In this document: piece after piece, positions 49,918-58,489 of the stretch
Layout: each line of letters starts with the position of its first letter
How positions within the stretch are numbered: the first letter of the stretch is position 1
Assembly (NCBI GenBank): GCA_031292755.1
Contig: JARLGM010000008.1
Coordinates: forward strand, 21,602 to 85,601
DNA: 64,000 nucleotides
Source of the DNA: Candidatus Sulfopaludibacter sp.
Lineage (GTDB): Bacteria; Acidobacteriota; Terriglobia; Bryobacterales; Bryobacteraceae
Direction of reading: 5' to 3'
The notes under the pieces: generated by a model
Database searches by the model: none
The model's input: only the letters and a program-made list of their open reading frames with translations
What the model was told of the DNA's origin: nothing
Position numbers and translations under genes: made by a program

Positions 49918-51662
49918 AGAAACTCGCGGCCAAACTTCGCGACTGGATGGAGGAAACCCATGGCACGGCTTTCGAACTGCGCCGCCACTTTTTCCGCCGC
50001 TTTTTCGATAGCGACCTGGTCTCTTCGGCGGGCCAATGGCAGGTGGTCGCCGGCGGTTTCATCGCCATCGTGCTATCGCTCTGCGTTCCAATGATCCAGG
50101 CCTACTATCACAAGTACCTCATGCTCCAGGCATTGGATTCGCCTCAGCCGTACCGCATGGCCGCCGTTGCGGATCACCTGTTCCTGATCACGTTCTCCAT
50201 GACTCTAACGGGCTTGCTCACGGCCATGCAGTGGCCCTCGCTCTTTCCTGGATTGCGCGATTACCTGGTGCTGGCGGGCCTGCCTGTGCGTACGCGCGAC
50301 GTGTTCGTAGCAAAATTCATGGCGTTGCTGACCTATATTGCCATCTTTATCGCGGCCCTCAACTGGCCGCCCTGCGGAGCACTGAATTTTGCCATGCACG
50401 GCCGCTATTACATATCGCGTGCCGCGAATCCGGGGGTGTTGTTTCTCTCCATGACGCTGGCTGCCTTTTTCGTCTTTTTCGCCCTCGTGGCCTTGCAGGG
50501 ACTGCTGCTGAATGTGGTCTCGCCGCGGCTGTTTCCGGGCGTCTCGCTGCTGGTGCAGTGTATCCTGTTCACGCTGCTGATCTGCTTCCTGCCCTTTGTG
50601 CTCTCCATTCCCGGCCTGGATCGCTACATGCACCTGCGGCCGGATTTCGCGCGCTGGATTCCGCCGGCGTGGTTCCTGGGGCTGGATCAGGAAATGCTCG
50701 GCAACCGCGAGCCGTACGTACACGGTCTGGCCGTCATGGCGAAGGTCGCCGCCGGCGCCGCCGCCTTCTGCGCGCTCGCCGCGTATCTGTGGAGCTACCG
50801 CCGGCAAAAGGTGCGCATGATCGAAACTCCCATTCAGACGCGCCATGAATTCGCGGCGTTGCGCCGCTGGCGGAACAAATGGAGCGACCGCTTCCTGCCG
50901 CAGCAGCCCGAACACGCCGTGTTCAGCTTTACCATGGCCACGCTGGCGCGCAGCCGGCTGCATCGCATGGTGCTCACCGGGTTTGTGGCGGTGGCCTTCG
51001 CGCTGATTGTCGAAAGCTTCGTATCGCTGATCCTCGGCGGCGGCTTCAAGGGGTTCGCCGTCAAGACTTTTGCCCTGGAAGAGGCCGCTGTTTCCGCACC
51101 CCTGGCCCTTTCCCTGTTCGTGCTGGCGGGCTACCGCTACCTGTTCCGGCTGCCCGTGGAAGTGCGCGCCAACTGGCTGTTCCGCGTGCACGAGGGCGGC
51201 AATCGCGAACTGCTGCTGCGTGGTATGGAGCGCTTCGTTTTTTGCCTGGGCGTGCTGCCCATCGCGCTGCTGACGCTGCCTCTGGAAATTGAAATCTTCG
51301 GCGCCCTGACCGGTGCGGCGGTTAGTCTGCTTGCCTTTCTCCCCTCGCTGGTAATGGAAGAGGTGCTGCTGGCCGGCTTCGAAAAGATCCCCTTCACCTC
51401 CGCGTATCTTCCCGGCAAGCGCCCGCTCATCGAAACGGTTTGCATGTACGGCATCGCCTTCGGCGCGTATGTCGGTATTCTGAGCGGCCTCATCGTGACC
51501 AGTCTCCGGGAAACGCCGTACTTTCTGATTGTGCTGGGTTCTCTGCTGGCCATCTGGGCGCGCGTCCGCAAGGGCCGTCTGGAATACTGGCACGTGGGCG
51601 AACTGGAGTTCGAAGAAGTGGCCGAGCCCGCCGTCCAGACCCTCGCCATTTACCGGGATTAG
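49914..51662 (+). CDS. Large polytopic membrane protein coupled to the ABC ATPase (putative atypical permease)
   Basis: 582 aa from ATG 49914, with ATGA overlap to the ATPase stop. It has about 12 or more hydrophobic helices. Motif RDYLVLAGLPVRTRDVFVAKF resembles the ABC-2 permease loop motif. Confidence 0.75.
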   Translation: MKKLAAKLRDWMEETHGTAFELRRHFFRRFFDSDLVSSAGQWQVVAGGFIAIVLSLCVPMIQAYYHKYLMLQALDSPQPYRMAAVADHLFLITFSMTLTGLLTAMQWPSLFPGLRDYLVLAGLPVRTRDVFVAKFMALLTYIAIFIAALNWPPCGALNFAMHGRYYISRAANPGVLFLSMTLAAFFVFFALVALQGLLLNVVSPRLFPGVSLLVQCILFTLLICFLPFVLSIPGLDRYMHLRPDFARWIPPAWFLGLDQEMLGNREPYVHGLAVMAKVAAGAAAFCALAAYLWSYRRQKVRMIETPIQTRHEFAALRRWRNKWSDRFLPQQPEHAVFSFTMATLARSRLHRMVLTGFVAVAFALIVESFVSLILGGGFKGFAVKTFALEEAAVSAPLALSLFVLAGYRYLFRLPVEVRANWLFRVHEGGNRELLLRGMERFVFCLGVLPIALLTLPLEIEIFGALTGAAVSLLAFLPSLVMEEVLLAGFEKIPFTSAYLPGKRPLIETVCMYGIAFGAYVGILSGLIVTSLRETPYFLIVLGSLLAIWARVRKGRLEYWHVGELEFEEVAEPAVQTLAIYRD

Positions 51663-52351
51663 TTCGCCGCCGGCATCTCGGCTTTATCGATGACCAGCAC
51701 TTCCACCGGCCCCTTAATCGGCTCCAGTTTCAGTCCCAGTTGCTGCACGGCTCCGAAAACATCGGGAAGCCGGTCGTCCGGCGCACCCAGCAGAGGCGCG
51801 AATTCCAGGCTGAAATTGTATTGACCTTCGATCCCGGTGCGATCCACCACTGGCGCGCCTGCCACGGCGATCAACATGTGCACCAGGTCTGAGATGCGGG
51901 CGGCTCGCCCCTTGATCATGCGGTCGCCCGAACTTGTGCTGGTTAGCCTCTTCTCAGCTTCGCTGGCCGCCGGCAGTTTTGGTCCGCCCTTCGCCGCGAC
52001 CAGCGCATACTCCGGCAGGGTCCTGGTCTCACGGTGAAACTCCAGCTTGAACCGCTCCGCCAGGAGCGCCTGCAGCATCTCTGGGATCTGGCGCACGGTC
52101 GCACCGGCAGGCGATTTGGCATCGACATTGAACAGTGCCGAATCCAACCACTTGGGCCCGCCGTCGAGCTGGTACTCGTTCAGCTCATACGCCATGCGAA
52201 CCATGCTCTTCAGCGTAGCGTTTTTCATTCGGAGACCATGCGGCGCCGGGTAGACGCTGGATTCGGGACTCGACGGCTCGCCCGGCTTGATGCTCACCAC
52301 GTCGAATTGCACCTGCGCTGCCGCCAACAGCGCCAACACAAGAACTCGCAT
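51659..52351 (-). CDS. TIGR03435/DUF3738-like secreted protein (Acidobacteria-expanded family)
   Basis: From ATG 52351: MRVLVLALLAAAQVQFDVVSIKP...GGPKWLDSALFNVDAK...LQALLAERFKLEFHRE...PVVDRTGIEGQYNFSLEF...QQLGLKLEPIKGPVEVLVIDKAEMP. Its stop overlaps the convergent gene's stop by 4 nt. Confidence 0.8.
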   Translation of the reverse strand: MRVLVLALLAAAQVQFDVVSIKPGEPSSPESSVYPAPHGLRMKNATLKSMVRMAYELNEYQLDGGPKWLDSALFNVDAKSPAGATVRQIPEMLQALLAERFKLEFHRETRTLPEYALVAAKGGPKLPAASEAEKRLTSTSSGDRMIKGRAARISDLVHMLIAVAGAPVVDRTGIEGQYNFSLEFAPLLGAPDDRLPDVFGAVQQLGLKLEPIKGPVEVLVIDKAEMPAAN

Positions 52352-52353
52352 AC

Positions 52354-53313
52354 CTACAACTCTACCCGCACTCCGCGTCCCGCGGCGCTTGCCGCGCGGT
52401 ACGCCAGTGCGGCCGTTGCCAGGTCCTCCACCGCCAGCCCCAGCGATTTGAAGAGCGTCACTCCGTCCTCCGATTGGCGCCCCGCCTTGGTCCCCGCGAT
52501 CACTTCGCCCAGTTCGAGCTGCACGTGCGCCACCGTCATCCGGCCTTCCCGGATGGTCTGCACGATGTCGCCCGATTCCTGGAGCGCCGCATCGCGCGAA
52601 TCCACCACCAGGCGGGCGCGCGCCACCAGCCCCGGATCGATCTCTCGCTGCGACGGCCGGCACGCCCCGATGGCGATCACGTGCGCACCCCATTTCACCC
52701 AGGCGTCAGTGATCGCCGGTGTCACCGAACTGGTGGCCACCACCACTACGTCGGCATCGCGCACGGCCTCTTCGGCGGAGACTGCCGCACGCACGCCCGT
52801 CTCCTCGGCGAACGCCTCCAGGTGCTCCGCGTGGGGACTCCACGCCCGCATATCTTCGAACGGAATCACCAGCGCCAGGGCCTCTACGTGACTGCGCGCC
52901 TGCACGCCCGAACCCAGAATCGCCAGCACCGAAGAACTCTGGCGCGCCAGGTACTTCACGCTGAGTGCCGACGCCGCGGCGGTCCGCATTTCAGTAATCA
53001 GGCGGCCATCCATCACGGCGATCAGCGCGCCCGTATCGGGGTCGAATAACGAAATCGAAGCTTGGTGCGTGGGCAGCGCACGCCCGGCATTTTCCGGAAT
53101 CACCGACACCAGTTTGGCGCCCAGAATCGCCTGCTCTCCCAGGAATGCCGGCATCACGCCGAAGAACGTGCGTTCGCGCAGTTCGAACGCGGTGCGGACC
53201 GGCTGTACCACACGGCCGGTAGAGAATGCCGCCAGGGCCGCTTCCATCGCGCCCATCACCGCGGGCATGGTGAGCGACGCCCGCACATCCGCTTCGCTGA
53301 GCCAGAGTGGCAC
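52354..53313 (-). CDS. Ornithine cyclodeaminase / mu-crystallin family protein
   Basis: Rossmann motif ILGSGVQARSHVEAL and family pattern ...ITEMRTAAASALS...GACRP..REID. GTG 53313 is preferred over 53352, which would overlap the upstream gene by 35 nt. Confidence 0.8.
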   Translation of the reverse strand: MPLWLSEADVRASLTMPAVMGAMEAALAAFSTGRVVQPVRTAFELRERTFFGVMPAFLGEQAILGAKLVSVIPENAGRALPTHQASISLFDPDTGALIAVMDGRLITEMRTAAASALSVKYLARQSSSVLAILGSGVQARSHVEALALVIPFEDMRAWSPHAEHLEAFAEETGVRAAVSAEEAVRDADVVVVATSSVTPAITDAWVKWGAHVIAIGACRPSQREIDPGLVARARLVVDSRDAALQESGDIVQTIREGRMTVAHVQLELGEVIAGTKAGRQSEDGVTLFKSLGLAVEDLATAALAYRAASAAGRGVRVEL

Positions 53314-53317
53314 CGTG

Positions 53318-55303
53318 TTACAGTCCGCCGCCGCGACGCCCGCCGCGCCCACCTGTGGGAGGCTCCGGCGTATACTCCTCGCCAGGCTTCAGCGCCGTGA
53401 TGCGAAGGGCCGTGCCATCGTACGGGCAATTGTCGAATTCGAAAGGATGGCTGCGGCGGCACAGGGGGCAGTACTTCACCACCTTGGGTAGCGGATGGAT
53501 CGCCTGCGACGCAAGCCACGCCTCGCGGAACGCCGTCATTTCGGGGGTGAGCTGTTTGCCGGCCAATTCGTACGGAACCAGTTGCAGCGCCGGGGATTCC
53601 GCCAGCACCAGGTCCACTTCTTTCTTGCCGCCGCGGCTGTCCAGCTTCAGGTGCATCTTATCGCCGGGCTTGTGGCGTTCCAGCAGCGCGTCCAGGTCGC
53701 GCTGCGTGCGCGGCGCGGCGCGGTCCCAATCGGTGATTACGTCGCCGCGATCGATCCCCGCCACGTACAGCGGCGAACCGTTCTGCGTGGGGCTCGTGAT
53801 CTCCATGCCGCGGTCGCTCCACAGTACGCCCTGCGCGCCCAGGTAGCTGCGTGCCGCGGCGCCCGTGCGTTTTTCCAGCAGCAGGCCGGCGCGCGCCAGC
53901 AGCCCGGCGTAATCCATCGGCTCCTTCCCGTAAATATGGCGCTGGAAAATATCGGCGGCGAATTCCCTGCTGGTCACTCCGCCCAGAGTCTGCTGCAGGT
54001 CATCGAGCGTGTACGGCTTCGACGCATCGGGATGCTCGCGCCACATGGCCCGCATCCAATCGTCCAGCGTCTTGCCGGGAAAGCGCGAGCGGATGGAAAG
54101 GTCGATGCCCAGCGCCAGTGCCTGTCCGTAGGTGTAGTAAGAGATAAAAGTGTTTGCGGTGTTGACCGGGTCGTTGGCGGTGGCGGCATCCACGAAGGGC
54201 GCGCGGCGGCTCATGTCCACCACGTTGAACACCTGCCGGCCGGGCGCGGTAAGCACGGTGCTGACGGCCCCGCCCATGCTGCGCGCGAAGCGGTCGATAT
54301 CGGTCAGGCCCGCGCGCTTCAGCGTCAGCGGCCCGTAGTAGTTGGTGAAGCCCTCGGCAAACCACAATTCGCCGGACATGTCCGCGCGCTCGAAATCGAA
54401 AGGCTCGAGCGTCTTCGGGCGGATGCGCTTGACGTTCCAGGAGTGGAAAAACTCGTGCGCCACCGTGCCGATCATCTGCGCCGCGCCGGTCTTCAGATCG
54501 CGCGCGCCGCTGATCACGGTGGAGTCGCGATGCTCCATGCCGTCGCCGCTGGCGTAGGGCACATAGTCCAGCAGGAAGGTGTAGTTGCCGTTGTCGTACT
54601 GGGGGAACCCGCCGAAGACGCTCTCTTCCTCGGTGACCACCACCTGGCATAAGCGGGCGAAGGCGGCGGCCTCCTCGTCAGTCCCGCGATGGTGCAGCGC
54701 CATGCGGAACTGCGCATCCCCCACCTTCCACTCGGCCAGGTAATGATTGCTGATTTCCACCGGACTGTCCATCATGCGGTCCATGTTGGGCGCGGACCAC
54801 GTGCCGTCCGGGTGCGGCGCCAGTTGCGTGGCGATCTTCCAGCCGCCGTCCGCCGGCAGTTCGAACTTCAGCGACACCGGCGTCTTTTCAAACCCGTGGG
54901 CCCAAACCACGGTAGCCGGCAGATTCAGGTGCGCATGCGTGAGGTCGATGCCGTCGTAGGTGCCGTCGGCGCGGTCGCCGAACACGGTGTACTCCACCAC
55001 CACGGTTCCCTTGTGGCCCGAAACATTCCACTGGTAGGGCGAAGGCTGTGTAACTGCCAGTTCGCGGCCCTGCCCGTCCATGGCGTGAAAATGGTACACG
55101 TTCTTGGCGAACTCGTGCAGCGCGTACCGGCCGGGCGAAGAGCGGCTCATCAACACTTCCAGCACCGGCTGGCGCACGCCGGTAAAGGTAGCGCGAACTT
55201 CCGCCTCATGGTGGGCGGCGTTCGGAAATTTCAGTTCATACCGCACCGGCTCCTGCGCCAATAACGGGAGCACACACCAAATGAGAGGGAGAAGTTTCCG
55301 CAT
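53318..55303 (-). CDS. Secreted M61-family (glycyl aminopeptidase-like) metallopeptidase with a PDZ domain and an extra Cys/His + RGG tail
   Basis: Signal peptide MRKLLPLIWCVLPLLAQE. Zinc motif HEFFHSWNVKRIRP. A PDZ-like segment (GSPLYVAGIDRGDVI...GDKMHLKL) is followed by YCPLCRRSHPFEFDNCPYDGTAL...GGRGGRRGGGL. Confidence 0.85.
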   Translation of the reverse strand: MRKLLPLIWCVLPLLAQEPVRYELKFPNAAHHEAEVRATFTGVRQPVLEVLMSRSSPGRYALHEFAKNVYHFHAMDGQGRELAVTQPSPYQWNVSGHKGTVVVEYTVFGDRADGTYDGIDLTHAHLNLPATVVWAHGFEKTPVSLKFELPADGGWKIATQLAPHPDGTWSAPNMDRMMDSPVEISNHYLAEWKVGDAQFRMALHHRGTDEEAAAFARLCQVVVTEEESVFGGFPQYDNGNYTFLLDYVPYASGDGMEHRDSTVISGARDLKTGAAQMIGTVAHEFFHSWNVKRIRPKTLEPFDFERADMSGELWFAEGFTNYYGPLTLKRAGLTDIDRFARSMGGAVSTVLTAPGRQVFNVVDMSRRAPFVDAATANDPVNTANTFISYYTYGQALALGIDLSIRSRFPGKTLDDWMRAMWREHPDASKPYTLDDLQQTLGGVTSREFAADIFQRHIYGKEPMDYAGLLARAGLLLEKRTGAAARSYLGAQGVLWSDRGMEITSPTQNGSPLYVAGIDRGDVITDWDRAAPRTQRDLDALLERHKPGDKMHLKLDSRGGKKEVDLVLAESPALQLVPYELAGKQLTPEMTAFREAWLASQAIHPLPKVVKYCPLCRRSHPFEFDNCPYDGTALRITALKPGEEYTPEPPTGGRGGRRGGGL

Positions 55304-55325
55304 GGGAAAAGGCAGTATAGCAGGG

Positions 55326-55793
55326 TCAGAACACGACCTTAGGCGCGGCCTGCTCCAGTCCCACGCGGCCCACCGCGATCTCCGCGACAAAGTAATTCTC
55401 GCCGCCCACGGGACATCCGGCCATGCGCCGCAGCATGGCGAGCTGGCCTACGTGATTGATGGCATCGGCAACCGGGCCCTGGAACAGACTCCCGGCCGGC
55501 GCCTGCACGGGCTCGCCGCTGGCCAACCGCGCGTCGAATGCCTGTAGCGCCGTGAAGAAGCGGAGCACCTCCCGGTCCCACGGCAGCGGCTCGGAATCGT
55601 GCCATTTCTGCTGACCGTTGGCGATGGAGAGCGCCCAATCGAACAGGTCGCCCATATGGGCCAGAATCTGGACCGGTGTGCGGCCCGTGGAATCGGCACG
55701 GTACTCGGCGAATTCCGGCGGCGCGCCGCGCAGGGCCTTGCCGGCACGGTACGCCAGCGTGGCCACGGTGTGTCGTAACAGGTCTTGACTCAT
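55326..55793 (-). CDS. DinB-family (four-helix bundle) protein
   Basis: 155 aa. Pattern TLAYRAGKAL...QILAHMGDL...INHVGQLAMLRR has spaced His residues typical of the DinB/YfiT fold. Confidence 0.65.
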   Translation of the reverse strand: MSQDLLRHTVATLAYRAGKALRGAPPEFAEYRADSTGRTPVQILAHMGDLFDWALSIANGQQKWHDSEPLPWDREVLRFFTALQAFDARLASGEPVQAPAGSLFQGPVADAINHVGQLAMLRRMAGCPVGGENYFVAEIAVGRVGLEQAAPKVVF

Positions 55794-57238
55794 ACATCCC
55801 TCCGGAAATCGATAAACCCGCGATTCGGGTCGGCGCCGATCAACGTGACGTGCACGCGGTCGCCAACATCCAGCCCGCGCTCGCCTTGCATGATGCGCCC
55901 TTCCACCGGGGGATCCAGGATGCGCACAAACACGCCCTTGGGCGTCACACCGGTGACGACAGCGGCAAACCCTTGCCCCACGCGCTTCTGGAGCGCTACC
56001 GCGGCCAGGCGTTTATTCATGTCGCGCTGCACTTTGCGGGCGGCGTCCTCTTTCAACGTGCAATTGCGCGCGATGGCGCCCAGGTCGGCATCGGCGTACG
56101 GCGCGCCGTTTTTGGCGGTGAGAGCCTTGAGCAGCCGCTGCGTCACCAGGTCGGCGAAGCGGCGATTGGGCGCGGTGGAATGGGTGTAATCGTGCGCGGC
56201 CAGGCCGAAATGCCCCTGTTCGGCGTCGCCCGGCCGCATCAGCACGTACTCGCCGGGACCCATCAGCTTCAGGACCGTGAGCGAGACATCGGCATAGTGG
56301 TCCGGATCGGCCTGTTTGCGCCGCATCAGGAAGGCGTTGAGCGCGCCGGGGTCGGGATCGGGCGGCAGCGTCTCGCCGTGCTGGCGGGCCAGGTCCACCA
56401 TGCGGTTCCAGCGCTCCGGCGCTTTCACCACGCGCCGTATCGATGACACGCCGGCATCGCGCAGCGTGCGCGCCATCACTTCGTTGGCGCCGATCATGAA
56501 ATCTTCGATCAGGTGCGCGGCGCGGTTGGAGACGCGGGCGCTCACGTCCTGCACCTTGCCATTCACCACCGTGGCCTGGAGTTCTTCGCGATCGAAGGTG
56601 AGCGCGCCGAGTTTGTGGCGGGCTTCGCGCAGCGCCTGCGCGGCTTCATCCTGGAGTTTCAGTTGGGCCTCCAGATCGGCGGAAGCGGCGATTTTGGGCG
56701 GTGGACCAGCCTTGCCTTCCAGCCATGCCCCCACGGCACTGTAGGTGAGTTGCGCGCGATTGCGTACCAGCGCCGGGTACACGAGGGCGCCCTGAATGTT
56801 GCCATCGGCTGCCACGGTCATTTCGATCACAATGGCCGCGCGGTCCTGGTTCTCGCCCAGCGAGGTCAGGTCTGTGGAAAGCTGCTCGGGCAGCATGGGA
56901 AACGTGCGGATGCCGGTGTAGACGGTGGTAGTCTCGCGCTCGGCATGAAGGTCGATCGGGGTGCCCTGGCGAACGGCCGAATCGACATCGGCAACGCCCA
57001 CCAGCACGCGGATGCCGCCGGCCACGCGTTCGGCCCATTCGATCTGATCCAGGTCGCGCGAATCGTCGTTATCGATCGACGACCACGGCAGGGCGGTAAG
57101 GTCGCGCAGTTCGGGGTGAGGCGAGAGCCGGATGCCCGCGAGCTGCCGTTCGGCATCGGCAGGAAAATCGGGCTCGAAGCCGTGGTCGATCATTTCCTGA
57201 CGGGCGGCGGCGGCGAGATTGTAATCGGCATAGATCAT
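55790..57238 (-). CDS. RNB-domain 3'-5' exoribonuclease (RNase II/R family) with a C-terminal S1-like domain
   Basis: 482 aa. Motifs SIDNDDSRDLDQ, TVYTGIRTFPMLPE, HFGLAAHDYTHSTAPNRRFADL; C-terminal GFAAVVTGVTPKGVFVRI. Overlaps the DinB gene start by 4 nt. Confidence 0.85.
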   Translation of the reverse strand: MIYADYNLAAAARQEMIDHGFEPDFPADAERQLAGIRLSPHPELRDLTALPWSSIDNDDSRDLDQIEWAERVAGGIRVLVGVADVDSAVRQGTPIDLHAERETTTVYTGIRTFPMLPEQLSTDLTSLGENQDRAAIVIEMTVAADGNIQGALVYPALVRNRAQLTYSAVGAWLEGKAGPPPKIAASADLEAQLKLQDEAAQALREARHKLGALTFDREELQATVVNGKVQDVSARVSNRAAHLIEDFMIGANEVMARTLRDAGVSSIRRVVKAPERWNRMVDLARQHGETLPPDPDPGALNAFLMRRKQADPDHYADVSLTVLKLMGPGEYVLMRPGDAEQGHFGLAAHDYTHSTAPNRRFADLVTQRLLKALTAKNGAPYADADLGAIARNCTLKEDAARKVQRDMNKRLAAVALQKRVGQGFAAVVTGVTPKGVFVRILDPPVEGRIMQGERGLDVGDRVHVTLIGADPNRGFIDFRRDV

Positions 57239-57297
57239 GAATTCGTAGGATAGGCCTCCCGGCGGATCCAGGCAAGCGTCGTAAGCTAGGATCAGCC

Positions 57298-57885
57298 ATG
57301 GAGATTCGAAAAGTTTGCGTGTATTGCGCTTCCAGCGAACGAACCCCGCCCGTGTACCTGGAGGCCGCCGCGGACTTGGGGCGCGCGCTGGCGGAGGCGG
57401 GAATCGGAATTGTGTATGGAGGCAGTTCGCTGGGTTCGATGGGCCGTCTGGCGGCCGCCGCCTTGGATGCGGGCGGGAGCGTTACGGGCGTTTTGCCGCG
57501 CTTTATGGACGATCTGGAGTGGGGACACCGCTCCCTCACCGAACTGCGCCTGGTGGACGACATGCACGAGCGCAAGCGCACCATGCTGGAATTGAGCGAT
57601 GCCGTGGTGGCACTGCCGGGCGGCTGCGGAACCCTGGAGGAACTGTTCGAGGCCATCACCTGGAAGCGCCTGGGGCTCTACCGGGGGCCGGTAGTGCTGG
57701 TCAACATCAACGGTTTTTACGAATCGTGCCTTCGGCTGCTGGAGCGCTGCGTGGAAGAGCGTTTCATGGATCCGAAGCACGCGGCCATGTGGCAGGTTGC
57801 GGAGCAACCGGCGGAAGTGATTGGAGCGCTGAGATCCGCCCCGGAATGGCCCGCCGATGCCCGGTCCTTTGCCGCGCTGCGATAG
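57298..57885 (+). CDS. LOG-family nucleotide 5'-monophosphate nucleosidase (TIGR00730-like)
   Basis: 195 aa. Motifs VYCASS, IVYGGSSLGSMG, PGGCGTLEE, ITWKRLGLY. Confidence 0.88.
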   Translation: MEIRKVCVYCASSERTPPVYLEAAADLGRALAEAGIGIVYGGSSLGSMGRLAAAALDAGGSVTGVLPRFMDDLEWGHRSLTELRLVDDMHERKRTMLELSDAVVALPGGCGTLEELFEAITWKRLGLYRGPVVLVNINGFYESCLRLLERCVEERFMDPKHAAMWQVAEQPAEVIGALRSAPEWPADARSFAALR

Positions 57886-57916
57886 AACAGAATGCGGGAT
57901 ACTGGTGAGACAGCCG

Positions 57917-58480
57917 ATGGCTCCGGAACAGCAACTGGTGACGCAGCTCTTGAAAGAGTGGGGAGCGGGCAGCAAGCAGGCGCTCGACCAACTGATGCCC
58001 CTGGTTTACGACCAGCTCCGCACCCTGGCGGCGCGGTGCCTGGCATCGGAGCGTCCCGACCACACCCTGCGCGCTACCGACCTGGTGAACGAAGCTTACA
58101 TGCGCCTGGTCCACAGCGAGCCGGACTTCAACAATCGCGTACATTTCTTCGCCGTAGCGGCGCGCCTGCTTCGCCACATCCTGGTGGATCACGCGCGCGC
58201 GCAGAACCGGCAGAAGCGTGGCGCCGGCGCACAGGCCATCACCCTGGACGAAGCACTGATGGTGGGGCCTTCGACCCCGGCCGGCATCCTGGAACTGGAT
58301 GATGCCCTGGAACGCCTGGCGGTTCAGGACAGGCGGAAAAGCGAGGTGGTGGAGCTGCTGTTTTTCGGCGGCCTCACCTATGATGAAACTGCCGCGGCGC
58401 TCCACATTTCACCCGCCACCGTTCACCGGGAATTGAAGCTGGCGAAGGCCTGGTTGCACCGCGAACTGGCTAACCGTTAG
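57917..58480 (+). CDS. ECF sigma factor of the TIGR02999-like family, paired with a Ser/Thr kinase
   Basis: From ATG 57917: MAPEQQLVTQLLKEWGAGSKQALDQLMPLVYDQLRTLAARCLASERPDHTLRATDLVNEAYMRLV. Region 4 is LLFFGGLTYDETAAALHISPATVHRELKLAKAWL. Confidence 0.88.
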   Translation: MAPEQQLVTQLLKEWGAGSKQALDQLMPLVYDQLRTLAARCLASERPDHTLRATDLVNEAYMRLVHSEPDFNNRVHFFAVAARLLRHILVDHARAQNRQKRGAGAQAITLDEALMVGPSTPAGILELDDALERLAVQDRRKSEVVELLFFGGLTYDETAAALHISPATVHRELKLAKAWLHRELANR

Positions 58481-58489
58481 GGTGTCTGT

